Positions 9,901-19,384 of a stretch of 40,645 nucleotides of DNA are shown here, in pieces. Source of the stretch: a virus. Its lineage: Duplodnaviria > Caudoviricetes. Location of the stretch: the IMG/VR virus record IMGVR_UViG_3300035562_000120, positions 1 to 40,645 of that record. One strand, 5' to 3'. The position numbers and the translations under genes were made by a program. The notes below the pieces were generated by a model, which worked only from the letters and a program-made list of their open reading frames with translations, searched no databases and had not been told where the DNA came from. How positions within the stretch are numbered: the stretch's first letter is position 1; each line of letters opens with the position of its first letter.

Positions 9901-12900
9901 CGTCTCCCCCCTAACCGTTGAGTCAGGACGCCGTTTTGCCCCAAATCTTTATCACGCAATGCGCGGTAACGCTGATCGACAAACTGGCCGATCTCGCTGC
10001 CAAACTGCTCCCATCCCGGCGTAGTGGTCTGAGACGTTTGACCATTGCTGTCGATGCTGATGTATACCTGCGGTGCACCACCGCCACCGCCGCCAGCTGC
10101 GCCTTGTGATATGGCGCGAACACCCAGTGAACCATCGGCGGCGCGGGTCAAAGGCATGATCGCCTCCGGCCCCGCTTCCCCCATAAGCCCCGCACCCTTG
10201 GCAAACGCAAACGTTGTAGGACTACTGACCACTTGGCCGCTAAACTGGCTCAGATCGCTGGAGGCAACGACGCCCCCTTTCGCATAAGCCATATAGCTTG
10301 TGCTCATGCCCATTGCCCCAGCACTCCCGGCGGCAGCTGAGGCACCACCAGCCGCCCCGCCTGCAACACCACCAAAAATACCGGTAATGGTTTGCATAAT
10401 GGTGCTGGTAACCAGCGCCTGCGCCGCCATATCCACCAGATTCTTGATAATGGATTGCGTCAGCGTGGAGAACAGATTGAGCATGGACTCTTTAAACGTC
10501 TGCGTTCCGGTCAGCATGCCGGTGAGCATGTTGGTGACGCGCTCCTGCGAACTTTGGAACAGATCCACAGCCAACTTTTGCATATCGCCCTGGGAGGAAT
10601 ACAGGGCCATAGCCGCCTGGTACCGCTGTTCGTTGGTTTCATTTTCAGAAGCCAGGATCAGCTGGTTTTTGCGCTGTTCTGAAATAACGCCGGCAGTGGC
10701 GTAGGTTTCAATGAGGGCTTGCCGTTTGGCCAGTTGGTTTTCAATGTTCTGCAGAGGGTCAACGTTGCCGGCCAGCTCTTGTTTGCCTGTCACCGCATTG
10801 CGTTGATTGGCCTCTGATACCGCATTGAGGTAAGTGGTATTAATTTCCTGTTTGCGTCGCGCCAGTTCCTCGGCGCTCTTGATTTCATTACCGGCAATTT
10901 GGCGCTGTAGCTGGGCCTCTGACTCTTTTCGGATTTGCGACGCCTGCCGATAAGGGTCAGAAGTGATCGCCGCGTTGTGGTCATCCCAGCGCTGCTTTGC
11001 CTCCGTTAACGTTTTATTGAGTCGCTCCAGTTCGGCCCGTTGAGCACCCGTCCATTTACTGCCGGTCTCCAGTGACGCAGAGAATAAAGACGCGGCAGCA
11101 TCGCCCTCCTTCATCCTCACCCGCTCAACCTGAATTTCTTTGTTCAGATTGGCGATTTTCTGCTGGTATTCACCGGTAACAGTGGCAGATTTTTTTGACG
11201 CGCTGGCGGCGTCCTGTTCGGCTTTTTGCTGGGCTTTGGTTGCGGCTGTGAGCGCCTCGGTTTTCTGCTCAGCGCCGACCTTGGCCGCGACATACTGCTC
11301 ATAGCGACCAGGAGGGAGTTTCAGATCATCGGCTTCAAAAGTGGCCGACAGGCGAACTTTATCGAGCCCTTTCAACCCGGCAAGTTGCTGATCGCGCATT
11401 GCGCGAGTCATGGCGTCCTGTTGCTTGGTGTCCAATTTAGGCAACTGCATGCCAGGGAACGCTGGCAAAGCGGCAGACGTGGCCAGCCCTGTAACCCGAT
11501 TTAATTGCGCATACATACCGGCAAGCGAGCCGACAGCCCCGGATAGAGCCACCGTTCTATTAATTGACTCGTTCAGCGCCTGAGTGCGTAAAGCCTCTGT
11601 AGCACGCAGCTTTTCAGTTTGTTGCTCAAGGGCATAAGTTTTTTGCGACAACTCCCCTTGAATATCAACAATTTTCTGTTGTGCTTCAGCTAACGAATAA
11701 AAGGTATTTAGCTCAGTGAGTCGCGGGTTTTTCTTCGCCGAAGCCTCAATATCCTGCATGTTTTTCAGGCTACTGTTCAGCTTTCTAATTTCTTGCTCAG
11801 TTTTTGCTATTTCCGAGCGCTGCGCAGTAATTGAATTGTTCGCATCGACAGCAGTAGATTGCAGGCCGGCAATCGACATGCCTGATATTTGTTTTTTCAC
11901 CTGTTCAACGGTATCACCATAGGCGACGGCCACTTTCCGCGCCTGTTCGTTCTTCTCGTTGACATACATCCAGGCGGCACCAACACCAAGCACGATACCG
12001 GGTATCCCACCCACAACACTTAACAGACTGCCGCCAAGGCGAGCACCCAGCGACGTTACCGAGTTAAGTCGGGTCTGGGCCGCGCTGCGGGCACCCACAC
12101 TTGCTGCCAGTTGATTCTGCGCAACGGCTAATTGGCGCTCAGCAACGATTTGCTGTTCAAGCCCTGCCGCAGCGACCTTCGCCTGCTGGGCGCGGTATAA
12201 CGTCGCGCGGGCGGCGGCTGTTGCCGTTTTTGCCCCCTCCACCTGAGCAGCGGCCACGGCAACCTCGGCACGATAGGTCGCCATCATATTGCCTGTGGCC
12301 GTTCCCATGCTGCTGACCAGACCACCGAAATAACGAGCAGCCCCGACAGCGACAAGCGCACCCAGAGCGACGGCCACGTTATCGATATTTTCTGACAACG
12401 TATCCAAAACCCCGGATAGCGATGCAGTCACCCCGCTGGTTTCGTTTGCACCCCCTACCCATTCCAAAAAGGCGTTTTGCACCTTCACCGCAGAACGACT
12501 GACAACACCAGGCATTGAGGCATATTCTTGCTGCAGGGTGCCAAGCTGACTGATTAACGCAGGGATCACTTTGTCAGAGGTCAGCAACCCCTGATCGGCC
12601 ATCGCCTTCATGTCCTTTCGGGCAATACCCATGCCAGCAGCCAAAGCCCGGATCACACGGTCGCCGTTTTCGTTCACAGCGTTAAATTCTTCCCCACGCA
12701 GAACGCCTGAAGAGAACGCCTGAGAAAGCTGTGTGATAACAGAGTTGGTTTCCGCCACGCCAGCACCTGAAAGTTTCAGGCCCGTTGAAACAGCTTCTGT
12801 AACCTTCAACACGTCAGCCGATGAATAACCAAATTCACGCATCGATGCAGCAGAACGAGCGAACAGGTTGGCGTTATCATTAAAGGCGGTACCGGTGCGC

Positions 12901-13259
12901 TGACTGATCACCATCAGCGCCGCCTGGTTGTTTTTAAAATCCTCAGTCGATTGAGATGCCAACTTTAAACGGGCGTTAATCTGCGTCCATTGGTCGGCTA
13001 AGCTAATGAGGTTGCCTGTTGCAAAAGCGCCAGCGAATACCCCCGCCATGCCGATCGCCGTTTGCCGGACAGTTGCCAGTTGCCCGTTGAGTTCTACCAG
13101 CGCACGCTGGCTTTGCCGGGTAGCGTATTCTGCTTTACGGTTCCCCTGTTCCATCGTTTTGTAATAGTCGGCTCCCATGCGTGACGCGCGGGAAATTTCA
13201 GTCTGAAACGAGCTGGAATTCGCCGAAATTTTGATTATTAGTTCGCGCAAAGAAGCCAT
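9897..13259 (-). CDS. Tail tape measure protein
   Basis: 1120 aa, Ala/Gln-rich helical; N-terminal QLSQAFSSGVLRGEEFNAV motif; C-terminal GLMGEAGPEAIMPL. Confidence 0.96.
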   Translation of the reverse strand: MASLRELIIKISANSSSFQTEISRASRMGADYYKTMEQGNRKAEYATRQSQRALVELNGQLATVRQTAIGMAGVFAGAFATGNLISLADQWTQINARLKLASQSTEDFKNNQAALMVISQRTGTAFNDNANLFARSAASMREFGYSSADVLKVTEAVSTGLKLSGAGVAETNSVITQLSQAFSSGVLRGEEFNAVNENGDRVIRALAAGMGIARKDMKAMADQGLLTSDKVIPALISQLGTLQQEYASMPGVVSRSAVKVQNAFLEWVGGANETSGVTASLSGVLDTLSENIDNVAVALGALVAVGAARYFGGLVSSMGTATGNMMATYRAEVAVAAAQVEGAKTATAAARATLYRAQQAKVAAAGLEQQIVAERQLAVAQNQLAASVGARSAAQTRLNSVTSLGARLGGSLLSVVGGIPGIVLGVGAAWMYVNEKNEQARKVAVAYGDTVEQVKKQISGMSIAGLQSTAVDANNSITAQRSEIAKTEQEIRKLNSSLKNMQDIEASAKKNPRLTELNTFYSLAEAQQKIVDIQGELSQKTYALEQQTEKLRATEALRTQALNESINRTVALSGAVGSLAGMYAQLNRVTGLATSAALPAFPGMQLPKLDTKQQDAMTRAMRDQQLAGLKGLDKVRLSATFEADDLKLPPGRYEQYVAAKVGAEQKTEALTAATKAQQKAEQDAASASKKSATVTGEYQQKIANLNKEIQVERVRMKEGDAAASLFSASLETGSKWTGAQRAELERLNKTLTEAKQRWDDHNAAITSDPYRQASQIRKESEAQLQRQIAGNEIKSAEELARRKQEINTTYLNAVSEANQRNAVTGKQELAGNVDPLQNIENQLAKRQALIETYATAGVISEQRKNQLILASENETNEQRYQAAMALYSSQGDMQKLAVDLFQSSQERVTNMLTGMLTGTQTFKESMLNLFSTLTQSIIKNLVDMAAQALVTSTIMQTITGIFGGVAGGAAGGASAAAGSAGAMGMSTSYMAYAKGGVVASSDLSQFSGQVVSSPTTFAFAKGAGLMGEAGPEAIMPLTRAADGSLGVRAISQGAAGGGGGGAPQVYISIDSNGQTSQTTTPGWEQFGSEIGQFVDQRYRALRDKDLGQNGVLTQRLGGRR

Positions 13260-13269
13260 ATTTCACCCA

Positions 13270-13292
13270 TAAAAAAACCCGCCGAAGCGGGC
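13270..13292 (-). terminator. Intrinsic terminator upstream of the tape measure gene
   Basis: cccgc-ttcg-gcgggttttttt on the minus strand. Confidence 0.7.
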
Positions 13293-13582
13293 TATCCAGC
13301 CATTTCATCGAGCCAGGACTCCAGGCCAGTTAAACTTTCTTCCGGCCCTTCCTCTTTGGCACACCACTGAATCACCATGTCATTGAGGTCAACAGGCTGA
13401 CTTTTCGGGTCACGCTGTGCGTTATAAACAGCCGCCGATATCTGCGCCGCATGGACATCGCCTCGCATATCCCCGATGGGGCTTATCCGGTCATAGGCTA
13501 ACCAGAGGCGCAATTCGCTCATGCTGATTGATTGCTTGAGTTCACCCAGGGTTCTCCCCAGGCGAAGCGCAAGCTTCATCAT
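13292..13582 (-). CDS. Tail assembly chaperone gpT-like segment (C-terminal part of the G-T frameshift fusion)
   Basis: LALRLGRTLGEL...W..YDRISPIGD.RGD pattern; frame is open upstream through the slippery site (VREPDTQF-MMKL). Confidence 0.85.
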   Translation of the reverse strand: MMKLALRLGRTLGELKQSISMSELRLWLAYDRISPIGDMRGDVHAAQISAAVYNAQRDPKSQPVDLNDMVIQWCAKEEGPEESLTGLESWLDEMAG

Positions 13583-14001
13583 GAATTGGGTGTCTGGCTC
13601 TCGGACTTTTTTTCGGCTTCCTCGGGTGAGGTGGTCAGATCCATAGCCTGTTTAAGCAGTCGGGCATGTACCGGGCCATAAAACGCGATCACGTCTTCCA
13701 GCTCACTCAACGCGAAAACAGGCTCCAGATCTTCATCCAGTAACACATCGATGAACATCACCGCATCCGCCCGGATATTTCGCTGTGTTTCCTGAGAGAT
13801 GGACAGTTTTACAGGCTGTTCACCCTCTTTCGGTTCAGGCGGGGTCATTATTTCCCGCCACCGGCCCCAACCTTCAGGAGAGGGCTCGCGCAAAACGACT
13901 TTCGCCCCTTCCCACTCTTTAACCGGAACGATTTTGGTGCGGAACCCAGAATGTGGCGCTGAAACCAGCGCCTTGAGGTTAACTTTCTTTTTTACGGCCA
14001 T
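13579..14001 (-). CDS. Tail assembly chaperone gpG-like
   Basis: VKEWEGAKVVLREPS...YGPVHARLL; located between the major tail and tape measure genes. Confidence 0.9.
   Translation of the reverse strand: MAVKKKVNLKALVSAPHSGFRTKIVPVKEWEGAKVVLREPSPEGWGRWREIMTPPEPKEGEQPVKLSISQETQRNIRADAVMFIDVLLDEDLEPVFALSELEDVIAFYGPVHARLLKQAMDLTTSPEEAEKKSESQTPNS
13606..13614 (-). other. Programmed -1 ribosomal frameshift site (A AAA AAG) producing G-T
   Basis: Minus strand GCC GAA AAA AAG TCC; a -1 slip enters the frame of 13292-13582 with no intervening stop; canonical position for long-tailed phages. Confidence 0.88.
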
Positions 14002-14018
14002 GTTTTACTGGTCTCCGA

Positions 14019-14741
14019 TCAAGCGGTTACGGTCGCCGCAAACGTTGCGGTAAAGTCGCCGTCGCTGGTTTTAACGGTGATGTTTGCTGCACCTGCTGTG
14101 GAAGAACCACTCGGCGCGGAGACAGTCACAGTCTGGCCGTTGGCGGCTGCGGTAGCGCGTGCCGGAACGGATGAGATCAGGGTAAAGCCCTTATTCGTGG
14201 CATTGGCCGGCGCAATGTTTACGGCAAAGCTCGTGGTGCCGCCTACCGCAAGACTGCCGTTGGTCGGCGTGAGCGTTACCCCTGTGACCGGCACGTTATC
14301 GGATGCCTTGATACGCTTTGGTTTACCCTTGAGGCGCAGCGTGTATGAGGCCGAAACCACACCTGAGGTCGCTGCAGACCAACTGTTTTGACGAACTTCT
14401 GCCAGGTAGATAAAACCATTTCCAGAGGGGAACACGACTTTGATTGCGCGTTTTTCGTCAGTTTCGTAGGCGGTCAACAGTGATTCCTGAGCCTCCTCAT
14501 CGCCCACCCAGTTGCGGTTAATCGTCATCTCACCCGGAGACGGCAGGCCGTTGGTGTTTTCCTGCTCTTCCGAACACAGCGTGGTGACGTCGATATCGGC
14601 TTTTTGCCCGGCGGTGTAGGTGATTTCCTTGGTAGCGCATTGGGCGTCAAGCCAGATGATGCTTGGGTCATCTACCGAAATAGCTTCCGCAGATGAGACA
14701 GAGACTTTCGTTCCCTGCGTTTTTTCAAACTTACTGGTCAT
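14019..14741 (-). CDS. Major tail tube protein with C-terminal Ig-like (Big_2) domain
   Basis: GQKADIDVTTLCS, VVFPSGNG; C-terminal VPVTGVTLTP...VNIAPANATNK...ITVKTSDG. Confidence 0.93.
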   Translation of the reverse strand: MTSKFEKTQGTKVSVSSAEAISVDDPSIIWLDAQCATKEITYTAGQKADIDVTTLCSEEQENTNGLPSPGEMTINRNWVGDEEAQESLLTAYETDEKRAIKVVFPSGNGFIYLAEVRQNSWSAATSGVVSASYTLRLKGKPKRIKASDNVPVTGVTLTPTNGSLAVGGTTSFAVNIAPANATNKGFTLISSVPARATAAANGQTVTVSAPSGSSTAGAANITVKTSDGDFTATFAATVTA

Positions 14742-14758
14742 GTATTTTCTCCAGACAT

Positions 14759-14780
14759 AAAAAAACCGCCCGGAGGCGGC
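14759..14780 (-). terminator. Intrinsic terminator upstream of the major tail gene
   Basis: gccgcc-tccg-ggcggttttttt on the minus strand. Confidence 0.7.
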
Positions 14781-14797
14781 TGGTAGAGGGGATTAGT

Positions 14798-15145
14798 TTA
14801 TTGCCACACCCTGAATTCGAATGAGGCGCGGTAAAGGGCTGTTGCGGGTTCATAATCTTTAAAAGCCCGCATCTCCGCCGGGGCAAGAAGTTTGATCGCT
14901 TTCTGCGCTAGCGCTCGGATAGCCGTTGCCTCATCCACGGTATCGGCATAGACATCGACCTGAACCATCACAGCGGTTTCCGCCGTGCCACAAAAGACAT
15001 CTGCCGAATCTTCACTGGGTAGCGAATACACAATCCAAGGGGGGTTCACTGCCGGCTTACCGTCAGCGGTCAGTTTGACGACATAAGGGTACGCCTGCCC
15101 GCCAACCAGTGGCTTGAGCAATGGCTTGATATCGGCTTCAGTCAT
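14798..15145 (-). CDS. Tail terminator / completion protein (DUF3168-like)
   Basis: AYPYVV...PPWIVYSL...VQVDVYA...LYRASFEF; synteny. Confidence 0.85.
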   Translation of the reverse strand: MTEADIKPLLKPLVGGQAYPYVVKLTADGKPAVNPPWIVYSLPSEDSADVFCGTAETAVMVQVDVYADTVDEATAIRALAQKAIKLLAPAEMRAFKDYEPATALYRASFEFRVWQ

Positions 15146-15558
15146 TTGGATAGCACCTTGTCGATTGCCGCGTTGGCTTTGTCGAAAGCCGCCTGCGCTG
15201 CCTCCTCCTGTTTGCCGTCATAGGCGGGACGAATAAATGGGATCGCCACCATGTCAGATGTACCCAACTCAACAAAGCGCCAGTAAAAAGCATTATTGCG
15301 GTTACTGGCCTTCCCCTGACTTCGCACATGAACACCGGCGACAGCCTCGCCCTGACGTCCACGCTGGCTCACTACCACAATGTTTCTGGCCAGCTTACCT
15401 GTGCGCTTTGGGGCCAATCTGCGCGCTTCATCTCGGAATACTGCAGCAGAAGCACGCGTAGCCTGCCGTAAAACGTTGCTGCTTTCCGCTTTGCTTAACA
15501 CTTCCAGCTCTTTTGATAAGTCCAATAGGCCTGAGAAATCTAGCTTTCCGCCGATCAT
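15142..15558 (-). CDS. HK97 gp10-like tail completion protein
   Basis: APKRTGKL...AFYWRFVELGTS....PFIRPAYD; start set at ATG 15558 overlapping the upstream stop. Confidence 0.9.
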   Translation of the reverse strand: MIGGKLDFSGLLDLSKELEVLSKAESSNVLRQATRASAAVFRDEARRLAPKRTGKLARNIVVVSQRGRQGEAVAGVHVRSQGKASNRNNAFYWRFVELGTSDMVAIPFIRPAYDGKQEEAAQAAFDKANAAIDKVLSK

Positions 15559-15881
15559 AGTTTCACCCCCGTTTTGCAAAGCAGCTCCAGGCGCGTCAGG
15601 CGAACATCCGGCAGGGCAGACTCAATCTCATAAGCCAGTCCACGAAAAACCACTCGGGAAGCGCTGGACACATCGTCTCGATAGCGCATCCAGATACGTA
15701 CGGTTGCCTCTGACTTTTCCGCACTGGAGGCCATCAACTCACGACCGCCAATGGCTTTCACTTCTGCGGGAATCTTGTTGATAGCCACATCAACCCAGAC
15801 TTCTTTTTCTTGCCCGGAGGGCAACTCAACGGTTTCAAAGTTCTGGATCATGATGCGATGCCTGAAACGCCCTGGTTCCAT
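15555..15881 (-). CDS. Head closure (head-tail joining) protein
   Basis: MEPGRFRHRI...AEVKAIGGRE...TVRIWMRYR; SPP1 gp16/HK97 gp7-type family; synteny. Confidence 0.9.
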   Translation of the reverse strand: MEPGRFRHRIMIQNFETVELPSGQEKEVWVDVAINKIPAEVKAIGGRELMASSAEKSEATVRIWMRYRDDVSSASRVVFRGLAYEIESALPDVRLTRLELLCKTGVKL

Positions 15882-16207
15882 TATGGTTCCCCTTCAACCG
15901 GTAGCACGCCGCGCCAATTTCGGCATGACCACATCAAATTCTCCGCTGCAGCATTGGCGTAAAGCTGTACCTCGCTCTGACTGGTGCGATGTTCAAACAG
16001 ATCGCCAAATACCAACAACATCGCAGACACAACCGGCTCAGGAATATCAGCTGCGACCGTCCATCGAGGGTCATCACACCAGCGCAAACAATAATTCAAC
16101 GCGGCTTGCGCATAGCGTTTGATCAGCGCGTCGCGGTCGTCGCCATCAAATTCGATATGCTGGCGCAGCTCCTCGATCGGGACTACATCAGTGACAACAA
16201 TCGCCAT
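15881..16207 (-). CDS. Head-tail connector, HK97 gp6-like
   Basis: IEFDGDDRD.LI..YAQAA..YC.RWCD...FEHRT.QSEVQLY closely resembles HK97 gp6. Confidence 0.92.
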   Translation of the reverse strand: MAIVVTDVVPIEELRQHIEFDGDDRDALIKRYAQAALNYCLRWCDDPRWTVAADIPEPVVSAMLLVFGDLFEHRTSQSEVQLYANAAAENLMWSCRNWRGVLPVEGEP

Positions 16208-16249
16208 AATTAATCAGGGCGGCAAACGCCGCCCTCTCCACAAGGGTTA

Positions 16250-17413
16250 TTAGCCGCCAGCCGGCGGTGTGAAGCTACCTTTGATCAACGCAGATGGGCG
16301 GTAATGCGCCAGCGCCAAGCGCTCTTCACACAGAATGGTCAGCATGTTTTTCACGAAGTTATCGCGGTCTTCGCGGCTCACCTCAACGGTGGCATCCATG
16401 CGATCCCAGACCTGGGAGGCCAGGTCGAAACCACCCACGGTGAAAGTACCCGCCGTTTGGGCGCGGGTAGGAACAACCGGCAGGCCCCACATGATGTTAC
16501 TGGTAAATGCTTGCGGCCCGCCGAAGATATAGCGGCCTTCACCGTCTTTCATCAGGGCAATGTTATGCCAGTCACGCGGGTTCAGGATGATGCCCGAGGC
16601 GCTGAACTCTGACTCGGTGACCTGGAAGATCGCATGAGCAATCATGTCCGCTTTGGTGTCGCCGGCCACATTCAGCGCGGTGTCATACGCGGTTGCCACC
16701 GCATTGATGCCGGTCAGGTTATCCCCGGAACCGTCGCCGTTAAGCAACTGGTCTTCTTCCACCAGCGCCAGACCGTACATCAAACGGTTGTTGACGTAGG
16801 ATTGCAGCATTGGCGCATCGTCCATCACCTGACGAGATGCCTGTACCCAGTGGGCGATAGTTTTCACGTTCGCCGTTTGTTTTTCGAAGGTCAGGTCAGA
16901 TTCCGGCTTCTGCGCCTTCTCTTTAACCGGCTTGGCGCTATTGGTGAACAGCTTCTCACGCACATATTCCAGCGAGTTACTGGAAATACGGCCCTGCGCC
17001 AGCAGGTCACGGATCACCAAACGACGAAGGCCCGGCGCGACAATGCCAGGCACCGTCATCGGCTGGATCAGCGAGCCGGCAGAGGTGGCGTCACTGCCCA
17101 GGGATTTGTTGAAGGTCTTCGCTTCAAAGGAGCCCGTACTGCCGTTCCAGGTCTTAATCAGACCTTCTGCGGCACGCTCGGAAAAGTCTTTCTTGGCGTC
17201 TGGGTCTTCTGCGCCAGCTCCGCCTTTCTGTTCAAGATCGAACAAGCGAGTGCCGGACTTGGACAGCTCTTCCTGTACTTTGGCCAGATCGTCCTGCAGT
17301 TGTTTGGATACACGGCCCGTCTCTTCAATCTCTTTTTTCTGAGCATCGAAAAGCTGGGTCATGTTTTTCTGCGAATCTTCGATCGCCTTTTGAATTTGGG
17401 CTAATTCGGACAT
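16250..17413 (-). CDS. Major capsid protein, HK97 gp5-like
   Basis: MSELAQIQKAIEDSQ... delta domain, FNK/SLG maturation site, QKPESD and NFVKNMLTILCEERLAL crosslink motifs. Confidence 0.97.
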   Translation of the reverse strand: MSELAQIQKAIEDSQKNMTQLFDAQKKEIEETGRVSKQLQDDLAKVQEELSKSGTRLFDLEQKGGAGAEDPDAKKDFSERAAEGLIKTWNGSTGSFEAKTFNKSLGSDATSAGSLIQPMTVPGIVAPGLRRLVIRDLLAQGRISSNSLEYVREKLFTNSAKPVKEKAQKPESDLTFEKQTANVKTIAHWVQASRQVMDDAPMLQSYVNNRLMYGLALVEEDQLLNGDGSGDNLTGINAVATAYDTALNVAGDTKADMIAHAIFQVTESEFSASGIILNPRDWHNIALMKDGEGRYIFGGPQAFTSNIMWGLPVVPTRAQTAGTFTVGGFDLASQVWDRMDATVEVSREDRDNFVKNMLTILCEERLALAHYRPSALIKGSFTPPAGG

Positions 17414-17414
17414 G

Positions 17415-18098
17415 TTATTTTCCTAATGAGTGAGGGAATGAACTAATGCGCTCGATCAGCGCAGAGATTTCTGTTTTGTTTTCGTCAGTTTCGGACTCGC
17501 CCCGAACAGCCGACTTAAACCGGGCAATAAGCCCCACTGCCTGTGATTTGCTTAAACCCACTGAGTCCCTCAGCCAGTTCTCAACATCACGAATAGTTTC
17601 GATACCGTCGATACTCTTCATCGCCGATATCCCGGCCTGCTCGTTAGCCGGGAAGGTGCACACGCTGATCTCTCTCAGCGCCGAAATGTTTTTGAAAATG
17701 CGTCCGCCATTTGCTGCCAGCGAGTAATCATCTTTGGTCACGGAAAAGCCGACAGACATCCCCTCAACGGTGCCATGTTGCATGGCCGCTTTCAGGTCGC
17801 TGGCACCGCTATGACCTGGGGTGAGTTGCCCACGGACAAATAACCCCTTAGTGTCTTCCTGCAACGCATCCCACTTACCGACAGGCAGCTCCCAGGCGCG
17901 GTGGTTGAAGAACATCGCCACTTTGCGGGTTTGGGTTTGCAGGGTGTTTTTGAATGCGCCAGCGAGAATGATGTCGTTATCTGAATCGACATTGCCGAAC
18001 ACGGACGCATAGCCCTCAAAAATGCCCTGCGTGCCATCCCCAAGAAATTTGATTTCCGTCTCTTCAAACGACAGCGTTTTTTTAATATCTGGCATCAA
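17415..18098 (-). CDS. Prohead maturation protease, HK97 gp4-like
   Basis: FEGYASVF, MFFNH, GMSVGF, LREISVCTFPAN; true start may be ATG 18095. Confidence 0.95.
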   Translation of the reverse strand: MMPDIKKTLSFEETEIKFLGDGTQGIFEGYASVFGNVDSDNDIILAGAFKNTLQTQTRKVAMFFNHRAWELPVGKWDALQEDTKGLFVRGQLTPGHSGASDLKAAMQHGTVEGMSVGFSVTKDDYSLAANGGRIFKNISALREISVCTFPANEQAGISAMKSIDGIETIRDVENWLRDSVGLSKSQAVGLIARFKSAVRGESETDENKTEISALIERISSFPHSLGK

Positions 18099-18112
18099 AG
18101 CCCCCTAAAAAA

Positions 18113-19384
18113 CTAAACCCCGCTATTGCGGGGCTCTTTGCCTAAATCAGTGAGTGGTACGTTTTGCGATTGCCGCATGGCGACATCGCCCCCCGGTAGT
18201 GGCGGATAGTTATCCAGGCGACGCATTTCGTTGATAGTTCGCAGACCGGCATCCCCCATTGCTTTCATGAAGGTTGCCCGCGACGCAGAATCACCGCGCA
18301 ACAGCCCATCAAGATTGTGCTCAGCGTGGTAACGCCCCAAATCTGCCGGTTTGACAATCCACCGCTGAATGCACTGCTCCCAGCGTGTGATATACGGCTG
18401 CAGGGTGTACTGAAGAAACCCGAGATTCTGCTGTTCAAGGCCCGTTCCGAATGACGTTGATTTTTCAACGTCGCCGACCAGGTGCGGGGGAACACCAAAG
18501 AACCGCGCCAGCTCACTGACCTGAAACTTGCGGGAGGCCATCGTTTCAGCGTCTTGCGGGCTGACGCCAATATCATGAGCGGTAAAGTTTGCCTCCAATA
18601 TCCACAAACGTTTTTTTACCGGCCCACCGGCAATTTCCTTAAAGTTCTCCTCGACCTGATCGCGCTGTTCTTTCGTCATCACCCGGTCACCGACCGAGAG
18701 GATTTTCGGAGACTTTGCGCCATTGGCGTAAAAATCTCTCTGCTGGTCTTCCATCGCCACCGCAACGCCGCCAGATTTGGATGCATGCGCGATAGGAGAC
18801 AGTCCCACCAGTCCATTGAAACCAAAGCCTTTCAGATGGAAAATATCGCGCTGTTTAAAGCGAGCGAACTCATGATCGCGCCGGTATTTGTAAACAATTT
18901 GCTTACCTTCCAGCAGCACATCCATATTTGCCGACAGCAACGGGATCAGGCTGATTACGTCACCTACCCCGTTACGTTCGATCAGCGCGTAGGCGTTGCC
19001 GTACAAACAGAGCTGCATGGTCATTGCCTCGCGAAACTCCTGCGAGGTCATATATTGGTTAGGTGAATACCGCAGCAAACGGGCCAGGGAGTTATCCAGC
19101 CCTACTTTGGTTCGGTTATCTGCCTTGCTGGTTTCGAACACATCCAGCGGCAGGCAGGCGGTCAGCGTCGATATCAGGCTAACGCAACGCCACACGGTGG
19201 ATATTTGTAATATCCGTTCATCGGTAACGGTTGAATCACCGAGAGAGCCGCTGGCAGATACCGGGCCGGTTTGCGAACCCTGATCAGGGGTGACCAGGCG
19301 TCCGCCCACAAACCACGACGCCGCACGCGCCCACCAGCCGTTATTGGTGCGCAGGTCAATACTGTAATTATTTTCTGCCATCAC
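18113..19384 (-). CDS. Portal protein, HK97 family
   Basis: STVWRCVSLIS, PNQYMT, GNAYA, GLSPI, ARFFGVPPHLVG. Confidence 0.96.
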   Translation of the reverse strand: MMAENNYSIDLRTNNGWWARAASWFVGGRLVTPDQGSQTGPVSASGSLGDSTVTDERILQISTVWRCVSLISTLTACLPLDVFETSKADNRTKVGLDNSLARLLRYSPNQYMTSQEFREAMTMQLCLYGNAYALIERNGVGDVISLIPLLSANMDVLLEGKQIVYKYRRDHEFARFKQRDIFHLKGFGFNGLVGLSPIAHASKSGGVAVAMEDQQRDFYANGAKSPKILSVGDRVMTKEQRDQVEENFKEIAGGPVKKRLWILEANFTAHDIGVSPQDAETMASRKFQVSELARFFGVPPHLVGDVEKSTSFGTGLEQQNLGFLQYTLQPYITRWEQCIQRWIVKPADLGRYHAEHNLDGLLRGDSASRATFMKAMGDAGLRTINEMRRLDNYPPLPGGDVAMRQSQNVPLTDLGKEPRNSGV

